From Nymphaea colorata (Eukaryota), in NCBI RefSeq assembly GCF_008831285.2, contig NC_045138.2, forward strand, positions 35,030,001 through 35,094,000: a stretch of DNA of 64,000 nucleotides, read 5' to 3'. The position numbers were made by a program, and so were the translations under genes. The notes beneath the pieces were generated by a model. That model was not told where the DNA came from and made no database searches. It was given only the letters and a program-made list of their open reading frames with translations. Positions 15,031 to 27,975 of the stretch are shown here, piece by piece (position 1 is the first letter of the stretch; the number at the start of each line of letters is the position of its first letter).

Positions 15031-16889
15031 GCTGCTAATATGGATGGAACGAAAGATAGGAAAGACCATGGGTTTTTGTCCTTGCTGTGCTCAGACTTTT
15101 TAGCTCCACCATGTAAAATGGTACAAAACATAGATCGTGGGATTTATCTTTTCCGTCCTTGCTGCGGTCATTTATTTGCCTCCACTAGGAAAATGGTACA
15201 GATCTTTCCCTGTTTCTGTCACTAAAGTATTCAATGTTTTATTTTACTATGCCATTAGACACAGATCGCTTTATTGTGTGATAAATTTTTCCAGTTTCTG
15301 TGATATGAATCTTTGATGTTTTAAAGCATACCCGATATCGTGGAGGTGGTACTATCGGGCATGCCCTGTTGCTTGGACCACCTCTGGCCTAGTTACTTCA
15401 CACTTGGTAGATGTAGACCAAACAAAAGCTAACGTGATCCAAACTCATACACATGTATGCCTTTCTTGTTTACTTGATCAAGGCCCCTACCCCCTAGTTA
15501 ACGGAAAAAACGTTTCTCCTCCATAAAGGTCTATACATGCAAGATGTTAAGTTGTGTCCTGGTGGTGTACTGCTAGTTTGCAAAAACAGGTATTTAGATT
15601 TGATAGGAGTTCAACAAGATTCTGAACCTGCAAGTTTTATTAGCCTTACATGGCAACAAAACATTAGGACGATTTCAAGACTGAATTCCCTTTAAGCTTT
15701 GCATCATTTCTGGTGGTTTGAGTTCTCTTAATAACAAAGATGCCAGTAAAATCCTTCAGAAAGGGGTTAGGATCCAGCAAGCACCATATACCATTATTAG
15801 TTGCCAAATTTAAAATTTTATAACTTTTGGGTACCATAAGATTCTGGGAAGTTTTCTCTCCACATGAAATGCACATTTTTTACTTGCGATAGATTTCCTT
15901 GATGCTTCCAATTTTACTTACGGTTACCACAATTTTATAGATAGCAAAGTAGATAACTGGTCTTGGCCTTTTTTATGCTATTCATGCTGTTGTTTCAACA
16001 AGTATTTTAAATGTTTGCTTCTTCATAGGGTTAGCACTTTTCTCTATTAAAGGGTCTGCTAATGGGTCTTGAAAATTTGAGACAATATAGTGTTTAAAGT
16101 GCATGATATGTCAGACTTTTTCACACTTTGTGCATAAACAGTTCATGCCAGGCATGGAGATTATCATCTCCTTTTCGGAAAGAAGGGGTCACCATTCATT
16201 TTAGCTTCCACTTCCATGTATGAGCCATTATCACGCTCTAAGAATCTGGTTCTTCCATGTTTAACAGTGGATGGTAAATGGGGATATGCTTTATGCCTGG
16301 GTTGTTCTTGAATCAGTTTCAATATAACGTAGTTTGTCTGCTTGAATATTTGGCCCTTTATAATTATAATTTGACATTCTCTGGCCCTTAATAATTCTAA
16401 TTTGACATTCTCTCAGAGAATGTCCTAAGCAACACTTGTTATCGTCTTGCCGAGCAACTCCTCAAGCGTCGTTCTCATCACCTCGTAACCTGTGACCATT
16501 GCCTGCAACTTCTCATCCATGCTGTCCATGGCCTGATTAATCATTGAAGAAGTAGTCTGCATCCTTTCTAGTCGACCCACCATGGTTTGTTGATTTGAAT
16601 CCTTCAACATGTGCTTGCTTTTGCTTGTGTAAATATTGATCAACCTATCAAAGAATTATTTTCCTGAAATACTAAATAATCAGAAGCTCCCTGCTCTTTG
16701 TGAGCTTGGTCAAACAATTAATAGGACCTACAAGCTCCCTGTTGGGTTTGAGTCATTGTTTACGCCCTCCTATAGTTGATCATGTTTGAATTGTGTAGAA
16801 TTGTTTGCATTTCTTAATGCACTACCATGCACACTAAGGTTTTTCAACTTTTGGAATATCTTGCGATTTACATGCTCTCTCTCTCTCTA

Positions 16890-17415
16890 CTTGGGTCAAG
16901 GATGAAGTATGAATCCGATCTTTGGTTGGTGCTTGGGTTCCACTGACGTAAGATTCTGTATTTTGTTACTTTGGTTTCTTGTAGACAGTAAAATAGCATA
17001 ACCAAATCAGATTTCTTCTGTACTTCGTTACTTTGGTTTTCTGATGAAACTTGCTTATAAAATATATGGCTGCTTCTGTGTTGCAGGATATGAATATCCA
17101 AGTAGATGGAACATGAGACCGGGCAATGATTATATATGCTTATGCCCAGACGTGCTTTGATGTTGAAGTGGCCACAAGTGTTGATGACTTGGCCAAAATT
17201 TATTGATGTAAGAAAAAACCAACTTTTTTGAGTGGGACGTTAATTGCTCTTTGAAACTTCACATTTAGAAAATAGTCATGATCCATATGAAGGTATCAAG
17301 AAAACAGAGGAGGTTTTCAGTCTACGAACAAAAGTCACACTTTGAAAAAAGCCTAGCTTAAGATTTACAACCTTTAGATTCTTTAGAATTGAACATGAAG
17401 ACGTGATTAACATTT
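16890..17415 (+). repeat. Third, more diverged partial copy of part of the 3-kb duplicated block (matches about 11050-11520 and 18365-18890)
   Basis: Shares gtcaagga.gaag.atgaatccgatctttggttggtg, aaacttgcttataaaa, gaatatccaagtagat and tttattgatgtaagaaaaaa with both full copies, with more mismatches. Confidence 0.8.
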
Positions 17416-17854
17416 ATGCCTATGGTGTTGTGCACTGGATAGCTGTTTTAATTGCATGGAATTTTTTTTCTTCATCGTTATTAGAGTTTCTACTACAAGT
17501 TTACTTCTCCATGTAGTTCTCTTTCAGCAAATCAGTTTACTAGAACATCTCAACCACCTTAGGAGAGCTAACTCCTTTGACGTACATGTCTGTTGCGGTC
17601 TGGTTTTCTCTTGAAAAGTAATGCCCTCATTTTTGTTCTCTTTAACAGGATTTGAGTTGGTTGAGGTGTTGATATATGATGAGATAAAAAGTTGTGTCAT
17701 GAAGAATCCACCTGTTTTAATATTTTTGTACAGGGAAACCCTGCTTAGGAGACATTTAACCATATTGGAGTGCAATATTTCTCCTGCATTTCTCTTTCAT
17801 GTTCTAGGGAGGAAAAAAAATAAAAGGAAGGAGGAAGAAAGAATTTCAATTAGG

Positions 17855-20800
17855 GGAATGGAAACTGAAATTTTTCCAGGATTAAGAGAATGGTGCAGGG
17901 AATGGATAAAACAAGAAAATTTTAAGAGCAAAAAAATTGGAAAGCATGAGAACGAAGGCGTAAATGAAGAATGCTTTGGTATCATATCGCCCATTACATA
18001 AATCTAACCCTGCAACAAATGCAATAATTGTTCCCTTGCCATTACCAACATCCGCATCCAAGATCACTGACTTTTGATGATGATGATAAATTGTTCCAAC
18101 TTTCTTTTGCATTTTTTCCTTTTCATTTTAATGAACCAAGGCACTGCATTGTGTAACTGTAATTTTGACGTTCCTATATTTGATATTCTACATTGTTTCT
18201 TTCTCAATTTTCTTGATAGCATGTATCAGAGATGTCTTGTAGCAGACTTGGCATCGTGTTCAACCCAATTGGTTTCTTTCTTCAGCTTCTTGAACGGAAG
18301 CCATTTGACATTTCCTTGATATTAGCTTAAAGAATAGGGTTTTGCAGGCTCCAGTTGCAGGTCCACTTGTGTCAAGGACGAAGAATGAATCCGATCTTTG
18401 GTTGGTGCATGGGTTCCACTGACATAAGATGAATAAGTCATCCGCCTCCCCTTTCCTTTGTATTTCGTTATTTTGCTTTCTCTGTTGGCCAATAAAAAGA
18501 TTTCTTATGTATTCGTTATTTTGGTCTTCCAACGAAACTTGCTTATAAAATAAATGGCATTGCTTCTGTGTTGCAGGATACAAATATCCAAGTAGATAGA
18601 ACATGAAACCGAGCAAGGATTAGATATGCTCATGCCAAGACGTGCTTAAATGTTGAAGTGGCCACGAGCGCTGACGGCTAGCTAAACTTTATTGATGTAA
18701 GAAAAAAAAAGTAACTTTTTGGAATGGGTCGTTCATTGCTCTTTGAAGCTTCACATGTGGACAATGGTCATGAACTAGATGAAGGTACCATGGAAAAAGA
18801 TGAGGTTCTCAGTCTAGGAACATAAGACACACCAAGCTAAGCTTGACAACGTTTGGATGCTTTAGAATTGCACGGACGTGATTAAAATTTTCATGACGAA
18901 ACTAGAGAAGCAACACTTCTACACGAAAATAAATATGTGACAACTAACAAAGTGGTATTTGATCACAGGGAAATAGCTAAAGTTTTGTTGAATAGGAATG
19001 TTAAAAACGTGAAAAAAGGGAGCTACAGGAGTTTGTGGCTGCACAATCGTGCACACTTGAAGATAGTCACCTGTATAGCCCGCCTCTACCGGCGACCAGC
19101 GTCGCCGGTACTCCAAATGGCTATAGCGAGGAACTGTCTCACCGGCATATATCTATAGTGGTGATCTTTTTCAAGCTATAACGGGGACAATCCTCACCGT
19201 TATAAACAAATACCGGTGATAGAGATACAGCCATGCAAAAATATCTTGTGTCTAGGAAGAAGAAAGAGGACGAGATGGATGAAATATTGTACGTTTGTCC
19301 TCTTTCTTTGTGCACAAAGTCTTGTTGTTCAACACACTGAAGTTACTAAATTCGTCTTTTGGTTTGCTTTCTTTTGGGTATTTGGCTTACTTGGTTTTTT
19401 TTTTTTCAAGATTCTCTGCAAAGGTATACTTTGGTAAGTAGAAATGAGGTAGCCTTTTTTATGTTGCTGCGCAATGAGTTTATTTGCAAAAGGAGCACAT
19501 GTTTCACCATTCATCAAGTAACTTTAATGTCTGATTTTCTGTCTTCAATATATACGATAAACAATCTATTCTGTTTGAAGGTCGCCTTATGTTGTTATAT
19601 TTGTCATCTTGACACTTCTTTAAATTATTAATTATCTAAGAAGGGGAAACGAGTTTTCCTTGGAACTGTGGCTTTTATGGGAAAACTGAAGGATTTGGCC
19701 TCATAAGTATTGACCAAATGGTTTGAATGTATTGACCAAATGGTTTGAATAACGCTACGTTGTGGAAGGATTACACTGGTTTGTAATTGTTGGAATCATA
19801 CCCTTATGGGGAAAGTTATTCACATGCATTTTATTGTATGAGAACAACTATGTGGCAGAAGGATTATACTGGTCTTTTTGCGTGAGTCTGTCACCATGTT
19901 CCTTCTGCGTTGCAGAGAAAGATTAGGCGCTCCATGCTTACTATAATTTTTATACGAGATAGAAAAGATATTATAGCCATTTTCTCTGGATTTAGATATT
20001 TGTAGGTTCTTAAAAAGTTTGAATTTTAACATAAAATATTCTTGGAACCAAGTTTAAATTAATTGGAATTTAACTGTTCCCATTTACCAATCCAACTACA
20101 TGAAAATGTGGTGGAATCTTTCCTAGATGGGGTGACGGGGGGCTGGAAATAGGTCGGTCTCTGGCTGATCCAGACTTCATCAAGCCCAGCATGCATCCTC
20201 GCATGTTTTATACTCATGCGGCAGAAATTTGAGTTCAGAATTGCTGAAATTTGTAGCCGATTCTTTCTCTGACTAACTTGAGATCCAAAATTTATCTTTT
20301 TATGGATCTTAGACTCGAATCTGCAGGATCCTTCATGTTTTTGAAGCAGGTTAGTACTCACTCGATTTCTTCTTGTGTCATATTAGTTGAGTAGATGCCT
20401 TAGGTATTGTACTTGTTCAGTGTAAGTCAAGGTTACTGGTTTCGTTTGTTTTCAGTAGGATCATATTCTTTCTTAGTTAGATTATTTTAGTTTTGTTGAG
20501 TTGGGCAATTGTTGGTTTGATTTATAGTAGTTCGATCGTTTTATTTTATTTTTTGCTTGAGTGGTTTTCCAGCATAGTGCTTGTCATGTTAATTTTCACT
20601 TTCGCTGTGGCATGGATTGTTTGTTGAAATAGTTGCTTGGTTTTTTCTTTGTCTGTCTTTGCTCAATTCTTTTGATAAATAAAACTTGATCAAGTCATGG
20701 GTCTAGTGGTTGCACCACGTTCTTGATGTAGTCTTTGAACTACATATCACGTATATATTGCTGATCAACCTGTAAGGTTGAAGGTTGAACGGTGGATCAG

Positions 20801-21128
20801 CTGAGCCCCGACTTCAACGAGTCATTGCGTCTAAGTTCAGTTATGTCCACCAAGTCCCTACCCAACAACAAGAAACAACCTGCGATTAGTGATTGAAGAC
20901 ATTGTCAAGTGCTTAAATTAATCCCCTTTAGAAAAGAGGAAATGTCTTTCTTCCTTACATGAGAAATTGAAAAACTTGAAGCTTTTGTGGTGGCGGTGCA
21001 CTGCACTTAATATTACGTTACTGCGACAAAATTTCCATGCAGATAAATCATAAGAAAAGAGGAAAGAGAAAAAGCACCTGGCCACATTCAAACCCTGTCG
21101 AGTCGACAAACAACAGCGTTAGTAACAG
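17855..21128 (+). repeat. ~3.3-kb segmental duplication, copy 2, with an extra ~470 bp near 20180-20650
   Basis: Colinear with 10501-13443 apart from small indels and a block at about 20180-20650 that is absent from copy 1. Confidence 0.9.
17965..18112 (-). pseudogene. Second copy of the phospholipase D HKD1 exon fragment
   Basis: ORF 17882..18112 reads VGTIYHHHQKSVILDADVGNGKGTIIAFVAGLDLCNGRYDT. It is carried within the segmental duplication. Confidence 0.85.
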
Positions 21129-21366
21129 AACAAGATGATCAAATTCAGTCAGCGGTAGCAGGAGACCCTCAATTCAATAGAGAAAGGTGTGTAGAAGACA
21201 TCTATTTGAGATCCTTCCTGAACCAACAAAGAACCTGCAAAAGGAATCTCTACGCCGACGATTATAACAACTGAATAGGGAAAATCGATCAGTAAAACGG
21301 AAGCAATGGAGCAAGTCCAATTCGAAAACCGAAGTTCAGAGAAAGGGAAAACTCGCAATCACAAAC

Positions 21367-21607
21367 CTCTGTATACGGCTTCCACCAGACGATTGGGGGC
21401 ACCTTCCTGCCGGAAAACTAAAGGAACCTTATAATCTGCAGGGAATATGGAGAAGCTCTCAGAGTTGGAGTCGACGGGATCGCCATCGATGGATATGCCG
21501 GACAAATCACAACCCCTATGTTGTCGTCGTCGGAGAAAGGGCCTCGAGAATGTACCTTCTACCCCTTGGTACATTGTAGTTGATGTACGCGAAAATCCCA
21601 CACACAT
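21367..21607 (-). pseudogene. GFAT: Glutamine:fructose-6-phosphate amidotransferase (GFAT) exon 1, frameshifted and orphaned
   Basis: With frameshifts the minus strand reads MC/GIFAYINYNVPRGRRYILEAL/LRRRQHRGCDLSGISIDG...PLVFRQEG.PNRLVEAVY and ends at an AGAG|GTTTGT donor. This matches plant GFAT MCGIFAYLNY...ERRYILEVLFNGLRRLEYRGYDSAGI.ID...PLVFRQEG. I found no downstream GFAT exons. Confidence 0.88.
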
Positions 21608-23736
21608 TTTTCCTCTCTCAATCTAACAACATGCAGATCGAAAGCTAGAACTAAAAATCTTGAAGATCGAATTCTGTTTCAAATCCTTCTATTCAAAGAG
21701 AGAGCATAAAAACATTTCAACGTCAGAGAGAGAGCTGACATAGTCCCCTAGCTTCTGTAAGAGGACACTGCTGACTTTTTCACAGGTTGGAAATTAATTC
21801 CGCCGTCCGTCAGCTGGAGAAGGCGCCAGCCGTTCCCTTGTTTCAATTTATAATATTTAAACTACTTTAAATTTAAATAAAAAATTAGCCCATCTTCATT
21901 TATGTTTCATTCTCATGATTTCGTCCTCAAGAAATAATCTTGCACCTTTTTTCAACACGTTTTCTAAAAAAATTCAGAAAGAATGTGACAACATTTATAA
22001 TTTTGAGAAGCGTGAGAAAATATACAAAACAATAAAACATTTCTGGACACCTAAACAAGTGTAGATACATCGAAAGACAACGTCTAATAACAAATATTTC
22101 ACCCAAAAAAAAAACTTCTTCTAAATAATATCTACATTATTGCCTGAGGGCATAACTTTGTTTGTTGAATATGAAAAAAAACTCAATGTGATTCCATTTT
22201 AATAAGGGCTATATTTTTAGCTTATAGGGTGTGTCAGTGAATTATATCTAAGTGCTTGACACAATTTCAAGCATGAAAGTGAAGAGAGATCACACTATCC
22301 GAGTGCAGGTCGAAGACACCTTGTCCTCTTCTTATCCTTTAGGTTTAAGCAACCGCTTCTTCCTTTCCCATATCTTCAAGGTATACTGATCTTTTTGTTG
22401 ATTCGGGATGATATTTCAACTTGCACATCAATGCTTACTCCTTTTACAACTCAAAAAGTTGTTGCCCATAAGATTTAAATAAGAAACTGACCACTTTCAG
22501 ATCCCTAATCAGTCTCTTGTGCCAACCCTTAAGGATATTGTGATGGCTCATCTAAAAAAGATCTATAGTTCGTTTCAGTCCAAGCCATGGCAAATTTATT
22601 TGATTTAGTGTACAATTTCTAAACTTTGTTATTTTTTTATTAAAATATTATGTTCATTTAACTTTTTAAAAAAGTAATTTTTAATAGTCTTGATTCACAA
22701 AACTTTACGGTATAAACACAACCACAATCATCTTTGTATGTTCTTGAAGGTGGTGCTCGACTCACGAAGACCGGTAGGAAGCCATTTCGGACTCTATCTT
22801 CGTCCATGATATCAAGATCGAATGCAAACCTGCTCCCGTTCCTTTAGTCCAGGTGTTGCAAGCTCAAAACTGGAGGCAATCGGTACATGGATAACATTTG
22901 GGTTTGGGCTCTTGTCCAAATCTAAAGTATGAAAAAGTTTGAATCTTCCGCAACGCAATGGACCCTCATCACATTATCTCGGGTCCATCTTTGGACCGAG
23001 TTTCTAAATCCATATTTGACCAGCATTCGCTTTGGTAGGGGACCCAAAGATGGTCGACACGCAGCATAAAACTTCTTCCATTTCAAGTGTTACTGGAGTC
23101 GATTCGAATCCAACTCCAAATCTCACTCTCATAACCGTCAACAGAAATCAAATCCAATTATGCCTCCGACAACATGGATTTGGGTACGATATGTATTTTT
23201 TTTGGTTGGCTGCTTATGTTTCGATTGCTTTGTTTGGGAGAGACTACACAATTTTGCGGCGAAGTTTTTGAGATGCGTGCAGGAAGGTCAGATCTCCATT
23301 TTCAAGTACGACACCAAGGCAAGGAAGGGGCAAGGAAGACAGAACTACTGGCCTACTTGCTGAGCTTGCTTTGAGGTGGAAAGCGAGAATATAAAGCCTT
23401 TTAGTAACACCATGTTATTGTGTTACATCCATCACGTATTTGCTACAAAAATTAAGGTCTGGCCTCTGTAGGCTGCAAGTGCGGCACAAAATATCTGTGG
23501 GCAGTCCTGCCCATGGGCTGGGTACCTCCTGCTATATAAATTGGAAGATCACCTAATGTCTAGATTAGACTTAAATAAATTAAAGTACGTCGCTGATCTA
23601 CTATTTTGAGTGTTGGCTGGTTGGAGTCAAGAAATTTATTTGGCTTTTGACGACAACAATGAAAAAAAGAAGCAATTTTTCTTTCCTCTTGAGTTATAAA
23701 AGGCAACCCAAAGAGATATATATATATATATGAAGT

Positions 23737-23900
23737 AAATCTTCTTCAGCGACCGGTTATCCGGATAAACTGGGATAAAGTGGGAACTGGATCCCATGAA
23801 CGCCACCGAGAAGATGAGTATTAAATCTTGCTCAGCGACCGGTTATCCAGATAAACTGGGATAAAGTGGGAACTGGATCCCATGAACGCCACCGAGATGA
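23737..23900 (+). repeat. Two-copy ~86-bp tandem duplication
   Basis: cagcgaccggttatcc.gataaactgggataaagtgggaactggatcccatgaacgccaccgag occurs at 23747 and 23833. Confidence 0.9.
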
Positions 23901-23960
23901 GCCAGAAAAGCTATTATGTAATTAAGGTATATTTCATGAACATTTCATGAAAAAGAAGAA

Positions 23961-25323
23961 TCATGAAGAACCAGTTTCATATGCAGTTACAAGCTTCCTC
24001 TTTGAATATTCGGCCATATTTAAATTCAGTGAAGGCCACTTATCACTTAGGCCACTAATGACTAATCATTTGGTTGCAGCCTATCTCTATGGGGAGAAGC
24101 AAGAACTACCTGGAACATTTTCATATTAATGAAATACTAGAAACATGACATACGAAAGTATAATTTACATTCAGTTAAATACATTTACACACTACTGCAT
24201 ACCTGATCGCCTGTGGTAGATGGGGAGAGAGAGTCCACCAAATGTGGCTTTAAACATTGCAACTATTTGCCAAAACCTCTCAAGCTTTGATTTCCTGTGG
24301 AAGCTTAACGATAGCAAAACGAGAAAGTCTCAGCTTCACATATATATAGTGATTTGAGTCAAAACAATCAAACTAGTTTTAGCCCCATATCCAGAAAGCT
24401 AGCTTGAAATAGAAATATCGAGCAACATGGGAGTTTGATGTGAAAATGGATCAATCCAGTTGTAGTAGCGTGTAGAAGGTGGTTTACTCAGACCTTTAGA
24501 ATGTCAGGGCACTTGACCAGCCCTCCAGATAAAAGAGTTGCAATAAGGCCCATAAATGAACACAATCCACTGAACCACCATTACATATGGGTTCAAACCT
24601 GTGGAAAGTCATGTAGGATTCAAATAAATAAATCATGAACGAACACATGGCGTCCTTATTATGTCCGTCAAGAACTATAGACAAAACCAAGATATCAAAA
24701 GGTCAAGAAAGTAAACACTAAGTATTTATTTAAAAGGAAAAAGGGTCAACAGAAAGGAACCAAAAAAAAAAAACAGCTATAGGAAGTGCAAGCTTTGTTG
24801 CAACATCAATTTAGGTCCTGGAAATTGGAAATAAAAGACCAATCTAGGAAAAAATGGGTCACATATTTCATCTATAAACAACAAATTTACATATGGCAAC
24901 AACATCTTTATCTTAACACATTAAATATGAGCATCTTTTACTTCAGTTAATATCCAAGCATTGCTTTTTGTGTTCTTTTATGCACTTCAAGTAATTTTCA
25001 CATTGTGTTGATTATATGGTAATTTTTCTGTTCCTTTATGCACTTTAACTAATCTTGACATTGTGTTGATTATATGGTAAGTGCACCTGATAAATGAAAT
25101 CATTATTAAATGTGAACATGTTTTACTGAAACAACATAAAATATGAAAGGAGTGACCCAAAAAAGCTCAAACGTTTGCAAAATTATTCAAAGTAGAGAAA
25201 GTATAAGATCACATACCACTATCTATTGCATATGCACCTGTCAGTGAGACCTGCAAAAATGTACCATCAGTGACCATAAAGACTGGATATTTGAGATTTC
25301 TCCACGTGAACTCAACTGAAGAC
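23961..25323 (-). pseudogene. 3' exons of an unidentified, decayed multi-exon gene (putative exons 25323-25217, 24598-24494, 24247-24203, 24109-23961)
   Basis: These are exon-like blocks with GT donors and mostly AG acceptors. They read SSVEFTWRNLKYPVFMVTDGTFLQVSLTG AYAIDSG (acceptor appears mutated to CAA), then GLNPYV.../SFMGLIATLLSGGLVKCPDILK, PHLVDSLSPSTTGDQ and ...MAEYSKRKLVTAYETGSS*. Frameshifts and stops are present. I do not recognise the family. Confidence 0.55.
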
Positions 25324-25706
25324 TTGCACCCACAGACTACTAGTAAAGGTAAAAATAGCTTATCTATAGTTAACAGGTGCTATTCCCAAACAGATAGTTT
25401 ATCCTTCATGTAAGCAATAGATTGCCACTACTTGCAGCAGATATCCCTACCCCTACTAAGCTTTTTCTAGTGAAATCATAAGGCTACTTTCCCTTCCTAG
25501 TTTGGCTTTATTGATGAATGACGATAAGAACCTCCATTCTCTAGTCAAAAACCTAAAATTTACATAGTTTCAATGACAACATATGACTAGTTGAACAACT
25601 ACTATGTATGTCATACCTCTCTAGTGGATTATCATCTGACTGAAGTTGAGCAGCTCTATCATTTGCCTCATTTGAATGCATTGATGAACCTAGCATACAT
25701 TCACTA

Positions 25707-27030
25707 TGTTGAAGTATTCGCCTTGATTAATTATCACAAATGAGTGTAAACAGGAGTTATCCTTATTATTTTATTTCTTTTGTGGACCTTTATTATAATT
25801 CTGTTTAGCGAACCCTAATCCTCAATAATATGGGATTAGGGTGAATGAAGATCAATTCCTTTCAGACCTGTGTAACATGGTATCAGAGCTGACAAACCTA
25901 GCTTGGCCAGACACCAGCAGGTCTTCTACTTCTTTTTCTTCTTCCTCTCTTCTTTCTCCCTCTTTCTTCTCTACTTTTTTTTTTTCTTGGTACACGTCTG
26001 AGTGCTGCAAGGATGTAGCCATTGGTGGATGATCAGGGATCTGATTACCGCTGAATATTATGGAGCACGGAGCATACTTCTCTATTTCTAGTTGTCGTTG
26101 ACAATGGTCAAGGATCACAATTGGTGAGCTGCAAGAAGATTTCTAAGTCAGGGAAGATCTGAAGTCCTTCAAACGAGTCCAAATTGGGTGAGTTATTCGC
26201 AAGTCGTCTAGTGCAGCCCTCACATGTTGTTGTCGATGTTAGTTCAGTTTTTTTATATCTGAAATTTTCTTCATGAAATATACATCAGGTCTAGATGATT
26301 TCTGTTAGTTGTTGCAGTTAACGTCTAATATGAGTTCTTGTTTGCTAATTGTCATTATCCTGTCAGTGGATTGATGATACTGCTAGTTGTGTCAACTTGG
26401 ATGTAATATTTAGATCATGGTGTTTATATACGTTAAAGACAGAGAACCAAATTTGATTTTTTTGAACAGAACCAATCTGATCAACGATTGGATCTGCACA
26501 ACTGGTTATTGCTTAAAGTTTGTGTGCATGTTAATTGATGGAGCAACCTGGTGGTTGTCGATTGTTGGAATTTTTTGGTCATGCATTCCTAGCAGCTGAA
26601 TATTAATTTCTTTAACTGCCATGGCTGAGGAAAAGGGTCACAAGAGTGATTCCACATTTGATCTTGTGGCTAAGTATAAGGCAATTGCTAATACTTTCTC
26701 ATATGGGTCAGCTATCAAATTTGACAACAACAACAACAATGAAAGGTGCTCAAGAAGTTTGATGATGTCAGTGATAGGGCATCGAAGAGAAAATATTCTT
26801 TCAAATCTGAACCCAAGGAGAAGACCGGAAAATATGACGCATGGTGAGAGAATAACAATATTGCCATGTACTGGATTATGAACAGTATTCAAACATATCA
26901 TAGTTACCCTAGTTTACCACACTATAGCAAAACAAACGTGGGATTCATTGTGAGACACATATTGTAAGGATAAAAATGTCAGCAAGATTCTATAGGTTCC
27001 ACACAAGATCTTTCAACTTCAACGGGTGAT
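25707..27030 (+). mobile_element. Ty1/Copia 5' relic: short LTR (about 25707-25877), tRNA-Met PBS (25878-25889) and degenerate gag
   Basis: Candidate LTR termini TGTT...AACA are followed directly by TGGTATCAGAGC. About 26870-27025 reads WIMNSIQ.../TIAKQTWDSL*DTYCKDKNVSKI...KIFQLQ, like Copia gag WL.NSM.....TAK.IWD.L..TYS. The LTR start is approximate and I saw no 3' LTR. Confidence 0.75.
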
Positions 27031-27975
27031 TACACCTCATTTACTTCCCATCCATCCTTTTGTGCTCATAATGAGACTATCACACCACATTTACTTTTTA
27101 TCTCTTCAACACTACTGAAGTTACGTGTGCCATTCTCTTTGCCAAGATGATGCAACATAAATAATCGTCCCAAATAAAGTACGCCTTTTTATCGCTTTTC
27201 ATTATGAATATGCACCCACATGTAGCATCCACTACTTGCCTATGACAACCAATCAACATATTATTTTAATACCACCTAATTACTATTTTTAATGGTGGGA
27301 CATTGCTTCATCAAGATCCTTAAATAGTTCTCCGGTGTCACGACACTGCTTCCCCGTTGTTGAACGGGATTCATCATAGACCTTCCATCCTATTTCGATT
27401 TACCTATATGGAAATCTATTTTTCAAAAACTTTTTGCATCTCCTCTCATTTACTAATATTAACAACACCCAACAATTTCAACCCGTATTTGTTTGTTCAT
27501 CACTATTTGTCAAGAATGTGCTCCCACATGCAGCATCTGCTACTTTCCAAAGACAACCAGCCAGCCATTTATTTTAATTGAAAATAATTGACATTTTTGA
27601 GCTTGATTGTCAGGACATTGTCTCATCAAGATCCTTGAATAGTTGCCAGGTCTCATGATGATGGCAGGGTCTTCATGGCCTTTTTCATGAAAAGATTGTA
27701 GCATTTTTCATCAATGAAAATTGAGCGTCTCAACCATTTGGCCTCAAACTGCTGAAGGCAGCATGACATTATTATATTGAAAAATAAACCTTAAGTAATC
27801 GAACATTTAGTTAACTATTTTCATCATGTTCTCGCACTTGTCTAGTGTTGCATGCTTTTCATTGTCATTCCTTTTGTCTCACCCATAACCTCCTAAAAGT
27901 GACCATTACACTGATGCATCTAGTTGGCCATACATTGGTTGTGTCAACCAGCCAGTCATTTATTTCAATTGCATT
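27030..27975 (-). repeat. Old, diverged satellite units retaining Ty3/Gypsy (Athila/Tat-like) gag motifs
   Basis: The minus strand reads HETWQLFKDL/MRQCPDNQAQKCQL...KVADAACGSTFLTNSDEQ (about 27660-27495) and GKQCRDTGELFKDL/MKQCP.HH...HRQVVDATCGCIFIMKSDKKA (about 27355-27182). On the plus strand these units align to the satellite (ttgcttcatcaagatcct, caaccagccagccatttattt). Confidence 0.75.

Noticed and set aside
16140..16643. Possible Gypsy gag N-terminal relic on the minus strand (MVGRLERMQ...LEELLGK and GDDNLHAW)
   Set aside because: The resemblance is weak and no LTR, PBS or further domains support it. It needs a BLASTX/HMM search.
22870..23210. MITE-like relic with ggatttgggt/atccaa motifs (similar at about 63280-63660)
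   Set aside because: I could not define clear TIRs or a TSD.
27500..27660. LINE reverse transcriptase reading (FSIKINGWLV resembles FS..ING)
   Set aside because: Only a few residues match. The flanking ETW..FKDL..QCP and DAACG.TF motifs fit Gypsy gag far better.
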